Of a stretch of 64,000 nucleotides of DNA, positions 29,635 to 39,588 are shown piece by piece; position 1 is the stretch's first letter; each line of letters opens with the position of its first letter. The notes beneath the pieces are model-generated. The model made no database searches. It was not told where the DNA came from and saw only the letters and a list, made by a program, of their open reading frames with translations. The position numbers and the translations under genes are program-made. The stretch comes from Desulfobacterales bacterium (GTDB taxonomy: Bacteria; Desulfobacterota; UBA8473), in assembly GCA_016209225.1 (NCBI GenBank), contig JACQWO010000009.1:7444-71443 (forward strand), given 5' to 3'.

Positions 29635-30362
29635 TAAAACATACCGCCATTTACGGAAAGAACCTGTCCTGTAATATAAGAGGCATCGTCTGAACACAGG
29701 AAGCGGACAACCTTTGCTACCTCCTCCGGTCTTCCGATTCTTGACATGGGAATGATTTCTTTAATTTTATCCACCGGGGCGCCCTTAATCATTTCCGTAT
29801 CTATCAGTCCCGGCGCAACCACATTGACCCGGACGCCTAATCTTGCCACTTCAGACGCCAAAACGCGACTGGCGGCGATCAATCCGGCTTTTGCCGCAGC
29901 GTAATTGGCCTGCCCCCTGTTCCCGATGAAGGCCGACACGGACGAAATGGAAACAACGGATCCCCTGCGGTTTCGGACCATCCTTTCCATAACCGGTTTT
30001 GTTACGTTGTAAAAGCCTTTCAGGGTTGTTTGTATCACCCTGTCCCAGTCTTCTTCAGGCATCATTATAAAGAGGCCATCGGCAGCGACTCCGGCATTAT
30101 TGACCAGGACGCGAATGTCTTTATAGCGGGAGATGATTTCATCCATCTGTTTTGCCGCTTCACCCGAATCGGCCACATCAAACCGGACCTTTTCTCCCCT
30201 GCCCCCCTTCGACCGGATGATTTCCAGGGTTTCCTCGGCCGCTGCATCGTTTGATTTATACGTGATGATGACTCCATATCCTGCTTCCGACAGTTCAACA
30301 GCAATGGCACGGCCAATGCCTCGACTGCCGCCTGTCACCAGGGCAATCTGCTCGTCGTTCAT
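29634..30362 (-). CDS. fabG: 3-oxoacyl-ACP reductase
   Basis: TGGSRGIG, NNAG, YAAAK, NVVAPGLIDT, VNGG. Confidence 0.95.
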   Translation of the reverse strand: MNDEQIALVTGGSRGIGRAIAVELSEAGYGVIITYKSNDAAAEETLEIIRSKGGRGEKVRFDVADSGEAAKQMDEIISRYKDIRVLVNNAGVAADGLFIMMPEEDWDRVIQTTLKGFYNVTKPVMERMVRNRRGSVVSISSVSAFIGNRGQANYAAAKAGLIAASRVLASEVARLGVRVNVVAPGLIDTEMIKGAPVDKIKEIIPMSRIGRPEEVAKVVRFLCSDDASYITGQVLSVNGGMF

Positions 30363-30399
30363 GTTGCTTTGCTCCTATGACATGTCTTAATGTTAACCC

Positions 30400-30828
30400 T
30401 CAATCGGATTCGGACCGGAATACCTGTATCTGAACCCGGCACAGGAGCTCCGTTTCTGTCATAACGATTCCTTCCAGAACATTATAGTTTCCGGTACTGT
30501 ACAGATTTTTTACAGTGGTGATCAACACCTTATGAAGTGGAATCCGATCTAGAAAAAAATCGGCGTTCTTGATTCCAACAAGCCATCCTCCCCCACCGGC
30601 ACCTCTGTCCGCTCCCCTTTTCCAGCTTATATGGACCGCTGCCGTCTGTGCCACAATCTCGATGAGGACAAGGGGATCAACGGAAGACCCCTGACAAAGG
30701 GGCCAACGATTGGAGACAAGGGATGATGTTACTGCCGTATCGGCGCCAATGTCCAGAACCTCATTGATCAGTTTCATCCTGTCCCGGTGAGGTATCAGTT
30801 TCTCAATGTCCAGAGGCAATGTTGGCAT
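30400..30828 (-). CDS. Hotdog-fold dehydratase-like protein (ApeP-like)
   Basis: LIPHRDRMKLI and EIVAQTAA motifs; adjacent to fabG as in aryl-polyene clusters. Confidence 0.75.
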   Translation of the reverse strand: MPTLPLDIEKLIPHRDRMKLINEVLDIGADTAVTSSLVSNRWPLCQGSSVDPLVLIEIVAQTAAVHISWKRGADRGAGGGGWLVGIKNADFFLDRIPLHKVLITTVKNLYSTGNYNVLEGIVMTETELLCRVQIQVFRSESD

Positions 30829-30974
30829 GTCTTATGATCCAAAAAAAGCGTTGTCGATTTTTGATTCGATATTGTTTTGGCCGTTAATCTAGATAATTTT
30901 CAATTTCTCCTTTGAATTTTTTGCACGTTGTGGTAGACATAACTTTAAGGACTCTTTTTGTGAATATTTATATT

Positions 30975-31129
30975 TGATGGCTTCGTAAAAAGTCCATCTG
31001 CGGCGTTGCACTGCATCCTTCGTCGTTGCGGCGTACCCCTAAGTACGCCTCACTCCTCATGATTTGTGCGCCTTGCATCTGGAGCTTTTTACTTTGCCAT
31101 CCCAATTTTGACTTTTTACGAGTCCATCA
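30975..31129. mobile_element. ~155-bp MITE-like element, copy 1
   Basis: TGATGGCTTCGTAAAAAGTC ... GACTTTTTACGAGTCCATCA terminal inverted repeats; near-identical to 43830-43984. Confidence 0.8.
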
Positions 31130-31291
31130 TATTTAATTCAAATGATTATATATAACACAAAATGGAGTCCTTTACTACTGTAAAATAGTAAATAAAAGAA
31201 GTAGTTATATGTAGCAAACCCGCACTAGGGGATGCGAAACTTGATTAAAGATACTAAATAGAAAGATAAGAGAAGTCAAGGGAAATTAAAG

Positions 31292-32686
31292 ATGAAGACA
31301 CATCCTGAGATAGCTGATTGCCTCACGGGAACGGAAGGATATCGGAATATCCTTTCCCCTCCCAGGGACCTGAACGGGGAATTTATCCTGAACGGCTGTA
31401 CCTATGAAGCGGTTTATCGCCTTGCGGCAGGGATCCGTCATCTCCAGCTATCTTCGGAAAAAAGCCGCGCCACGATCTGTCTCTGTACAGACGATAAAGC
31501 TCTTCTGGCTGCTGCACTGGTTGCTTCGCTTGCCGGCGGTCCCCGTCTTGTTATCCCATATGCTTTCTCCCGGCAGGTTATTGAGGAAGTCCTGGAGATT
31601 CTGCCTTTGTCATTTCTTCTCACGGACCGTCCTGGTAATTTCCCTTCCGGCCCTGAGATCATAATTCCTTCTATGCTGCACCATGACTCTGTAATTTCCG
31701 ATACCTTCATCGATCCGGATGATCCCTTTCTCATGCTTTTTACGGGCGGATCAACGGGAAAGCCTAAGGTATGGTCCAAGACACCTCGGAATATGCTTGC
31801 AGAGGCCCTGCATCTATCAAAGAAATTCGACATATCTCCCGACGATCTTTTCCTGTCAACGGTACCGCCCCGGCATATTTACGGCCTCCTCTATTCCGTA
31901 CTGATTCCTTTCATCTGTTCTGCCCGCGTTCTTGATGGAGTATATACCTTTCCCAGAGAGATACTCCGGGTTGCTCGTGATTACAGGGCATCCGTCATGG
32001 TCAGCGTTCCCGTGCATTACCGTGTTTTAAAGGTGGATGATTTGCAGCGGCATGATCTAAGGATTGCTTTCTCCTCAGCCGGGGTGCTGAATAAAGAGGA
32101 CGCCGTATATTTTCACAGTAAAACGGGTTTGGACATTATAGAGATTTACGGATCAACAGAAACGGGAGGGGTGGCTACGAGGCATCGTTTGAGGGACGGC
32201 GAATCATGGAACCCACTGGAGACTGTAGACTGGAAGATACTGAATGGAAGATTGCATGTTCGATCGGCATTCATCTCTCCGACCCTATCCCTCGATGGAG
32301 ACGGATTCTTTGCCATAGCCGATCGTGCTGATTCTGACGGAGATCAGCGATTCATTCTCCGAGGGAGGGAGGACGATATCGTCAAGGTTGGGGGTAAGAG
32401 GGTTGACCTGGCCGCTGTGCAGACTAAACTGAAAAAGATACCTGGGGTTCGTGATGCTGTGGTTATATCCTTTCCCAGCGGGAAAGGACGTCAAAACGAA
32501 CTGGCCGTCCTCGTGGCGGGCAATCTTGATCCGCTGCAATTGAGAAAGCATCTTGCCGCGGTCAGCGAAGCGTATGCCGTTCCCAGGCGTATTGTCGTTG
32601 TGGAAGAAATCCCTGTAATGGCTACAGGCAAATATGACCGGACAAAGATCGAACGAATCTTGCTGTGCAACATAGGGGCAGAATAA
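31292..32686 (+). CDS. AMP-dependent acyl ligase (ApeH-like acyl-ACP synthetase)
   Basis: FTGGSTGKPK, YGSTETGG, GREDDIVKVGGKRV, C-terminal TGKYD. Confidence 0.85.
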   Translation: MKTHPEIADCLTGTEGYRNILSPPRDLNGEFILNGCTYEAVYRLAAGIRHLQLSSEKSRATICLCTDDKALLAAALVASLAGGPRLVIPYAFSRQVIEEVLEILPLSFLLTDRPGNFPSGPEIIIPSMLHHDSVISDTFIDPDDPFLMLFTGGSTGKPKVWSKTPRNMLAEALHLSKKFDISPDDLFLSTVPPRHIYGLLYSVLIPFICSARVLDGVYTFPREILRVARDYRASVMVSVPVHYRVLKVDDLQRHDLRIAFSSAGVLNKEDAVYFHSKTGLDIIEIYGSTETGGVATRHRLRDGESWNPLETVDWKILNGRLHVRSAFISPTLSLDGDGFFAIADRADSDGDQRFILRGREDDIVKVGGKRVDLAAVQTKLKKIPGVRDAVVISFPSGKGRQNELAVLVAGNLDPLQLRKHLAAVSEAYAVPRRIVVVEEIPVMATGKYDRTKIERILLCNIGAE

Positions 32687-32719
32687 TATCCAGATTAGAA
32701 CAGGAAAAGTAAAAACGCC

Positions 32720-33139
32720 ATGATCCGGAGCCAGCATCACAGCTATGAGATCCTTCACAGGGTGCCATTTTACGATGTCGATCCCATACAGATTGTGTGG
32801 CACGGCAATTATTTCAAATACTTTGAGAATGCCAGGGCGGCCCTTTTCGCTAATCTTGGCGTTGACCTCTTTGAGTTTTATACAAGGACACAATGTCTGT
32901 TTCCTATAACCAAGACGTCCACAAAACACATCTATCCACTGAGGTGCGGGGATGAATTTATCTGTAAAGCCACTGTGGTTGAGGGAAAGATTAAAATCGT
33001 AGTAGACTTCGAAATCAGGTTGAAAAGCGACGGAAAGCTATGCACCCGCGGCAGGACAGAACAGATCGCTGTGCAAGCGCCTGAAATGGAAATCCTGTTC
33101 GCCATACCGGATGAAATTAGTAAAGCCCTGGGATTCTGA
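32720..33139 (+). CDS. Thioesterase, 4HBT family (ApeK-like)
   Basis: VPFYDVDPIQIVWHGNYFKYFE motif. Confidence 0.85.
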   Translation: MIRSQHHSYEILHRVPFYDVDPIQIVWHGNYFKYFENARAALFANLGVDLFEFYTRTQCLFPITKTSTKHIYPLRCGDEFICKATVVEGKIKIVVDFEIRLKSDGKLCTRGRTEQIAVQAPEMEILFAIPDEISKALGF

Positions 33140-33222
33140 AATGCTTTTTAAGACATATTCATATTACTTCGTGATGTTTTCATATAACCTCGACACACGA
33201 GTGTTTCAGTTACGGTGGACCC

Positions 33223-34674
33223 ATGAAAAAGGGAATTCGCGTCGGAAAGCACATATTGCTTGTCCATCCACGTGGTTATAACTGGTTTCCCGGTCATCGT
33301 GATATCACAGATGTCGCGAATCGTATGGCCCCTCAGGGGCTGCTTTCCATTGCCGCTTATCTGTTAGAACAAGGGCATGATGTTTCCATTTACGATTGTC
33401 TTGGGCCGGGTGTTCCCTTTAATCTCCATAAGCAAATTAAAGAGATATTGGATTATAAACCGCAGGTTGTCGGATTTTCGGCCACAACGTCTTCGTTTCC
33501 TGATGCCGCAGATATGGCGCAGAAAATCAAGGAACACGCCTCGCATATTAAAACTGTTTGCGGAGGCGTACATGTTTCTGCTTTGGAAGGCGAACTGCTG
33601 CGCGCTTATCCCGCCTTTGATTTTCTTTGTACCGGCGAGGGCGAGCTCACAATGGCGGACCTTGCCCAAGAGATTGATCCCTCGGAAATCAAGGGGTTGA
33701 TATGGCGTCAAGATTCCCAGGTGTTTACTAATCAGCCACACCCACAGATAGCCGATTTGGACAGCCTCCCTTTTCCCGCTTATGAAAAGCTTAAAGGCTT
33801 TCCTCACGATTACCATCTGCCTTTGTTCAGCTATGTCAATACGCCCGGGGCGACAATGATTACGTCACGGGGCTGCATGTATCAATGTTCTTATTGTGAT
33901 CGTTCCGTTTTTAAAAAGGGATTTCGTTATAACTCGGCTCCTTACATATACGAACATATAAAATATTTGAAGACAAGATTTAGTGTGCGGCATATCAATA
34001 TTTATGATGATTTGTTTACAGCAGATCGCGCACGTATTGCTGAGCTCTGCGAAAAGCTCGCTCGTTATCCATTGGGGATTAATTTCAACTGTGCCGTGAG
34101 GGTGGGCTATACTGATGACGAATTACTCAAAATGCTGAAAGATGCGGGTTGCCTTATGGTTTCTCTGGGCATAGAATCAGCAAACTCACAAATATTAGCC
34201 AGGCACAAATCCGGGGTTTCGCTTGATGAGGTGCGTGCTGCCGTAAAACAGATTCAGGCCGCAGGACTGCGGGCAAAAGGACTATTTATAATGGGTTTAC
34301 CGGGAGAAACGGAAGAATCTATTCGACAGACATCTGATTTTATTATTTCGTTGGGGCTGGACGACATGAATATGTCCAAATTTACCCCCTTTCCCGGGGC
34401 GCCGCTTTGGCCAACTATTAAGGAAGAAGGAGATTTTAATGAAGATTGGCGGCTAATGAATTGCCTCAATTTTGTTTTTATCCCCAACGGGATCGCCTCA
34501 AAGGAGAGATTGGATCTGCTTTACAATAAACACGTGAAGCGTTTTTACTCTGATCCTGAGTGGCGCAGGAAATTCCGACGTCGTCTTTGGCAACACCGTA
34601 AAAGTCTTGCGTATTTAATTCGTCATTTGCCGTCGTTCTGGTTGGCCAAGCGCCGGTTTGAGCCCGGCAGATGA
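33223..34674 (+). CDS. Cobalamin-binding radical SAM protein
   Basis: APQGLLSIAA, VVGFSATT, GGVHVS; TSRGCMYQCSYC; IYDDLF. Confidence 0.85.
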   Translation: MKKGIRVGKHILLVHPRGYNWFPGHRDITDVANRMAPQGLLSIAAYLLEQGHDVSIYDCLGPGVPFNLHKQIKEILDYKPQVVGFSATTSSFPDAADMAQKIKEHASHIKTVCGGVHVSALEGELLRAYPAFDFLCTGEGELTMADLAQEIDPSEIKGLIWRQDSQVFTNQPHPQIADLDSLPFPAYEKLKGFPHDYHLPLFSYVNTPGATMITSRGCMYQCSYCDRSVFKKGFRYNSAPYIYEHIKYLKTRFSVRHINIYDDLFTADRARIAELCEKLARYPLGINFNCAVRVGYTDDELLKMLKDAGCLMVSLGIESANSQILARHKSGVSLDEVRAAVKQIQAAGLRAKGLFIMGLPGETEESIRQTSDFIISLGLDDMNMSKFTPFPGAPLWPTIKEEGDFNEDWRLMNCLNFVFIPNGIASKERLDLLYNKHVKRFYSDPEWRRKFRRRLWQHRKSLAYLIRHLPSFWLAKRRFEPGR

Positions 34675-34683
34675 AGTTTATCA

Positions 34684-34766
34684 GTAGCTACTCAGGTAGA
34701 TAGACTGTAGGCTTTTAGACTGTAGGAACGGTCTATACGCAACGACTAACAGCCTTCAGCCTAAAC
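34684..34766. repeat. Partial palindromic element (GTAGCTACTCAG left terminus; AGACTGTAGG x2; CCTTCAGCC)
   Basis: Left terminus resembles GTAACTACTCAG; internal units relate to the 16.2 and 19.6 kb repeats. Confidence 0.45.
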
Positions 34767-34780
34767 ACAGGTAGATAGAG

Positions 34781-35629
34781 ATGTATATGCGTATTCGTCA
34801 TGGGATGATGCTAACTTTAATGCTCTCGGTATTTCTATTATCCCAAAACGCTATATGTGAGGAAAAACCTCTCTGGGAAGCGGGGGTAGGATTGGCATTT
34901 CTCCATATGCCCGATTACCGTGGTTCTGACGAAAAAAGATTTCTGCTGCTGCCGTATCCTTACCTTGTCTATCGCGGTGATATTTTAAAAGTCGAAAGGG
35001 AGAGTATTTCAGGACGCATTTTTAAAACTGACAGACTTTTATTGGACGTCAGCTTCTTTGGTAACAGACCGGTTGATAGTTCTAAAAATACCGCCCGCAA
35101 CGGTATGCAGGATCTGGACCCCACTTTTGAAATAGGTCCCTCTTTAAATATAACGCTACTGGAAAACCGGCAAGACCATTATAAATTGAATTTTTCTTTA
35201 CCGTTGCGTGCTTTTTTTTCAACCGATTTTTCATCGCTGCGACATGAAGGTTGGATATTTAGTCCTCGATTGACTTTCGAAAAAACCGATTTCATTCCTG
35301 AGAGCGGTTTGAACCTGGGGATTTCAACTGGGCCGATTTTCGCCGACAGCGCCTACAATAAATATTTTTATTCGGTCGAACCTGGTTATGCTACTGCAAC
35401 ACGTCCTTCCTATGATGCCGGTAGCGGATACAGTGGTTCCACGCTTACCATCGGTTTAAACAAAGGATTCAGACAATTTATCTTTAATGCCTTTGTCAGC
35501 GTGGATTTTCTCCAGGGCGCCGTTATTGAAGATAGTCCCTTAGTAAAAACCAAATATTCCGTCATGAGCGGATTTGCCGTATCCTGGATCTTCCTAAAAT
35601 CAGCAAAACTTGTACCTACCGGAAGGTAA
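34781..35629 (+). CDS. MipA/OmpV family outer-membrane protein
   Basis: Signal peptide; PLWEAGVG...PDYRGSDE...LLPYPYLVYRG; C-terminal aromatic beta-strand. Confidence 0.8.
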   Translation: MYMRIRHGMMLTLMLSVFLLSQNAICEEKPLWEAGVGLAFLHMPDYRGSDEKRFLLLPYPYLVYRGDILKVERESISGRIFKTDRLLLDVSFFGNRPVDSSKNTARNGMQDLDPTFEIGPSLNITLLENRQDHYKLNFSLPLRAFFSTDFSSLRHEGWIFSPRLTFEKTDFIPESGLNLGISTGPIFADSAYNKYFYSVEPGYATATRPSYDAGSGYSGSTLTIGLNKGFRQFIFNAFVSVDFLQGAVIEDSPLVKTKYSVMSGFAVSWIFLKSAKLVPTGR

Positions 35630-35738
35630 AAAAATTTAATTTGAGTCAATTCGCTGTTTACGAACGTCAATTCTATGAAAAACAACTTGTAGCTTGAACC
35701 GAATTGGTATCCACTATTGACGACCGACCTCATGGAGG

Positions 35739-36470
35739 ATGGTAACCGGACTTATGGACAAAGACCGCGTTGTTGTAGTGATTCCCGTGTACAACCATGA
35801 AAGTAAGGTTGCCCAAGTGGTTAGGGAAGCCCTGAAGCTTCGCTTGCCCCTGTTCGTTATAGATGACGGATCAACGGATTCCACTTACGACCGGATAAAA
35901 GACATATCTTCCATAACCATTATACGTCATAGCGTCAACAGAGGGAAAGGGGCTGCCATTATGACCGGTTTTGCCGCGGCCGCCACATCGGCGGACTGGG
36001 TTGTCACCATGGATGCCGACGGACAGCATCATCCCAAAGATGTCTGTAATCTGATCCGTGCTGTCCCCCCTGGAGAAAGGCCCATCATCGTCGGTCAAAG
36101 GGAGAAAATGAATCACCGGCATGTGCCTTGGAAGAGCCGTTTCGGCAGGTTGTTTTCCAATTTTTGGGTACGGACATGCGGAGGTCCAAACATCCGTGAC
36201 ACCCAAAGCGGATTCAGACTGTATCCCTTACCGGAAGCCATGCATCTCAATGTCAGGGCGCGGCGTTTCCAATTTGAGGTTGAGATTCTGGTCAGGGCAA
36301 AATGGCAGGGAATTCCTGTTCTGGAGACACCCGTCCGAGTGACGTATGATGCCAAAGATGAAAGGATCTCTCATTATCGCGGTTTCATTGATTTCTTCCG
36401 GAATGCGGGCACCTTCAGTCGTTTGATCTTCGTGAGATTATGTGTATTGCCCTTCATACGAGGGAAATAG
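35739..36470 (+). CDS. Glycosyltransferase family 2 (ApeJ GT-domain-like)
   Basis: VIPVYNH, DDGSTD, NRGKGAA, DADGQH, DTQSGFRLY. Confidence 0.9.
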   Translation: MVTGLMDKDRVVVVIPVYNHESKVAQVVREALKLRLPLFVIDDGSTDSTYDRIKDISSITIIRHSVNRGKGAAIMTGFAAAATSADWVVTMDADGQHHPKDVCNLIRAVPPGERPIIVGQREKMNHRHVPWKSRFGRLFSNFWVRTCGGPNIRDTQSGFRLYPLPEAMHLNVRARRFQFEVEILVRAKWQGIPVLETPVRVTYDAKDERISHYRGFIDFFRNAGTFSRLIFVRLCVLPFIRGK

Positions 36471-37977
36471 GTTTATGCGCAGATACCTTTTGAGATGGCT
36501 CCTTGTGGTCTTCGTAATTTTAGCTGTCATTGGACTTTTTACGGCAGGGATATACCGTCTGCAATTCGATACCGATCTCCTGGCATCCCTTCCCCAAAAC
36601 GATCCCGTTTTGGCCGATGCCCGTTACGTCATTATGCATCATCCAATTCAGGACCGTGTGGTTATTGATGTGGGACATCCCGGCATGGACATAGATGTCC
36701 TTGCTGAAGGGGCAGACACAGTTGGGGCAAGAATGCTGGATAGCGGCCTTTTCAAGGAGGTGGGGTTCCAACAGATCGCTCAACTGATGCCGGAGCTTAT
36801 TCAGCATCTTGTCGCTCACCTCCCCATCCTTTTCAGCAGGGAGGAACTCGAAGAAAACATCAAACCACTTCTGACGCCTGAAAAGGTTCGTCAGACCATG
36901 AATGACCATTTTTCTTCCCTGCATCTTCTTGACAGCATCGGCCAGACGGGGTTTATCTCCGATGATCCCCTTGCCTTGCGAAGCCTTATTCTGTCTCGTT
37001 TATCACATCTTTCACCGACAAAAGGCGCCAGGATACATAAAGGTCATATAGTCTCACCGGACGGGAGACACATTTTGATCATTGCAAAGCCTTTGATTTC
37101 CGGTATGGATACACGGTTTGCAGGACGGATCACGGCGCTGATGGAAGAGATCTCCGTAGAACTGCAAAAGAAGTATGGTCGGCAGAACGGATTCACCATA
37201 ACGCCCGTCGGCGCCTATCGCGCTGCCCTTGATAATGAGATCAGCGCCAAACGTAATGTTAAAAGGGCGGTTCTTTTTTCAACCGTTGCCATTGCTATGC
37301 TGCTCTTCGCGGGTTTTCCCAGACCCCTGATCGGACTGCTGTCCCTTTTGCCGGCCTTTGCCGGTACCATGGTGGCGTTTTTTGTGTATTCTCTTTTTTA
37401 CCCCTCCATTTCTATGCTGGCCGTCGGTTTTGGCGGAGCGATTATTTCATTTACCGTAGATTACGGTGTAACCTACCTTCTTTTTCTTGATCGTCCGTAC
37501 GAAACACGCGGCATGGAAACCACAGCAGAGGTCTGGTCCCTGGGTCTGCTTGCCATGCTGACGACGGCTGTCAGTTTTGCATTTCTCTCTGTAAGCGGAT
37601 TCCCCGCTCTGGTGCAGATAGGACAGTTTACCGCTCTGGGAGTGGTGTTTACCTATATTTTTGTTCATCTCTTCTTCCCGCTGATATTTCCCGTGATGCC
37701 CCCCGCAAAACGGTCTCCTTACCTGCCGCTGCAGCGTTTCATCAACAAAATAGCATCTTCTCAGGGTATTTGGAAAACGTATGCCGCATTGACTTTCGGG
37801 GTTGCCATGTTGTTTTTCGCCAAGCCGGAATTTCATGCCGATCTGAATACCATTAACGCAGTTAGCCAGGAGACGTTAAACGCCGAGAAAACCATTCGGG
37901 ATGTATGGGGGGACATATTCAGTAAGGTGTATCTCATGGTTGAAGGACATGATCGGCATGATCTGCAGCAAAAATGA
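36442..37977 (+). CDS. MMPL/RND-type lipid exporter, N-terminal half (ends at in-frame TGA)
   Basis: TM helices after a periplasmic domain, VDYGV motif; TGA 37975-37977 is in frame with the next ORF. Likely start ATG 36475. Confidence 0.75.
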   Translation: MYCPSYEGNRFMRRYLLRWLLVVFVILAVIGLFTAGIYRLQFDTDLLASLPQNDPVLADARYVIMHHPIQDRVVIDVGHPGMDIDVLAEGADTVGARMLDSGLFKEVGFQQIAQLMPELIQHLVAHLPILFSREELEENIKPLLTPEKVRQTMNDHFSSLHLLDSIGQTGFISDDPLALRSLILSRLSHLSPTKGARIHKGHIVSPDGRHILIIAKPLISGMDTRFAGRITALMEEISVELQKKYGRQNGFTITPVGAYRAALDNEISAKRNVKRAVLFSTVAIAMLLFAGFPRPLIGLLSLLPAFAGTMVAFFVYSLFYPSISMLAVGFGGAIISFTVDYGVTYLLFLDRPYETRGMETTAEVWSLGLLAMLTTAVSFAFLSVSGFPALVQIGQFTALGVVFTYIFVHLFFPLIFPVMPPAKRSPYLPLQRFINKIASSQGIWKTYAALTFGVAMLFFAKPEFHADLNTINAVSQETLNAEKTIRDVWGDIFSKVYLMVEGHDRHDLQQK

Positions 37978-37983
37978 GACCGT

Positions 37984-39576
37984 ATGGCCGATTTGTTAAA
38001 TCAAGAAGTAGCAGCCGGCCGGCTTTCCCAGGCATTTGTTCCTTCCATGATTTTCCCGGGCGAGGAGGAGGCGCATAAAAATTTTGCAGCCTGGCAGCAG
38101 TTCTGGAATCCTGATCAGATTGCCAAGCTTCGCAAAGTCATGGAAGATACATCACGGCCATTAGGTTTTTCGCCGGCCGCTTTCGATCCGTTTTTTACGT
38201 TGCTCGCTAAACGGGACATGCAGGGAACAGACATGCCGGAGAGGTTTTCCGGCCTTCTTGGCATATCGGTGGACCAGGATCGGTCTACCTGGGTACAGGT
38301 TGCTGCCCTGATACCAGGACCTGCGTATGCGGCAGAGGATTTTTACAGGCGTTTCACGGCAACGGGTCAGGCGAGGGTATTTGACCCGGCCCTGTTCAGT
38401 AAACGCCTGGAAGCAACCCTCCTGTCCGCTTTTATAAAAATGGCAGTTATTATAAGCATAATCACGATTTTGACGGCTTTTTTATATTTTCTCGACTGGC
38501 AGCTAACCCTTATCAGCATGGCGCCGACCCTCTTCGCCATGGTCTGTACCCTCGGCACATTGAATCTCATCGGGCAGCCCCTCAGTATTCCGACTCTCAT
38601 GGTATCCGTGGTGGTCATCGGAATGGGAACGGATTACGCTCTTTATCTGGCGCGTTCCTACCAGCGTTATCTTGATGAAGATGAACCTTACCTGGGACTG
38701 ATCCGTCTATCCGTTTTTCTCTCCTTTGCCACGACTTTTCTTGGTTTCGGCGTCCTGGCGCTTTCCGATAATGCCATGCTGAAAAGTGCGGGATTGGGCC
38801 TGGCTCTGGGGATTGGCTATTCTTTCCTGGGCGCCGTGACGATTCTACCGCCCGTGCTGAAACGGATATTTACCCTGAAACCTCCGGCGGATGAGGCGGT
38901 AGCCCCAGGATCAAAAACGCACCGTCAGCGCGCCGTCCGGCGGTATCGGCATATGGAGCCCTATCCGAGATTCTTTGCCCGCTTCAAGATCATTCTCGAT
39001 CCTATGTTTCCGCGTCTCGCTGCTTTCGTCAAATATCCGGAAATCATCATAGATGTGGGCTCTGGTTTTGGCGTACCGGCTGTCTGGCTTCTCGAGTTGT
39101 ACCCTCGTGCACGGCTCTATGGGATTGAACCAAATCGTAAGCGTGTCCGATTCGCGTTGCAGGCGATCGGGACAAGAGGTAACATCGAAATCGGAAGCGC
39201 TCCCCAGGTACCTGATGTCCCCGAAAGGGCCGATACGGCGCTTCTCCTCGATATGATCCATTTGTTGACCGATGACAAGTTCAGCTTGACTTTAAAACGC
39301 TTGCACGGAAAGCTTCGTCCGGACGGTTCTTTGATTATCAGGGCGACGATTCCTTCGGGAAAACGCTTTCCCTGGAAGCGATGGATCGAGATGACGAGGC
39401 TCCGGATGCATAAAGGTATACCACACTTTCGTTCGGAGAAGGACATCCTATCCATCATATCGGAGGGAGGATTCGACATTACATGCACGGAAATCAGCGC
39501 GCCGGGCGGGGAAGAGTGGTGGTTCGTCGCCAAGCCGAGCGCCCGGGAAGAGAAAATAGCTGTACCGGCGTCATAA
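37984..39576 (+). CDS. MMPL exporter C-terminal half fused to class I SAM methyltransferase domain
   Basis: Second TM bundle (GMGTDYA), then IIDVGSGFG SAM-binding motif and LLDMIH. Confidence 0.75.
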   Translation: MADLLNQEVAAGRLSQAFVPSMIFPGEEEAHKNFAAWQQFWNPDQIAKLRKVMEDTSRPLGFSPAAFDPFFTLLAKRDMQGTDMPERFSGLLGISVDQDRSTWVQVAALIPGPAYAAEDFYRRFTATGQARVFDPALFSKRLEATLLSAFIKMAVIISIITILTAFLYFLDWQLTLISMAPTLFAMVCTLGTLNLIGQPLSIPTLMVSVVVIGMGTDYALYLARSYQRYLDEDEPYLGLIRLSVFLSFATTFLGFGVLALSDNAMLKSAGLGLALGIGYSFLGAVTILPPVLKRIFTLKPPADEAVAPGSKTHRQRAVRRYRHMEPYPRFFARFKIILDPMFPRLAAFVKYPEIIIDVGSGFGVPAVWLLELYPRARLYGIEPNRKRVRFALQAIGTRGNIEIGSAPQVPDVPERADTALLLDMIHLLTDDKFSLTLKRLHGKLRPDGSLIIRATIPSGKRFPWKRWIEMTRLRMHKGIPHFRSEKDILSIISEGGFDITCTEISAPGGEEWWFVAKPSAREEKIAVPAS

Positions 39577-39588
39577 TCAAATGAGGCG

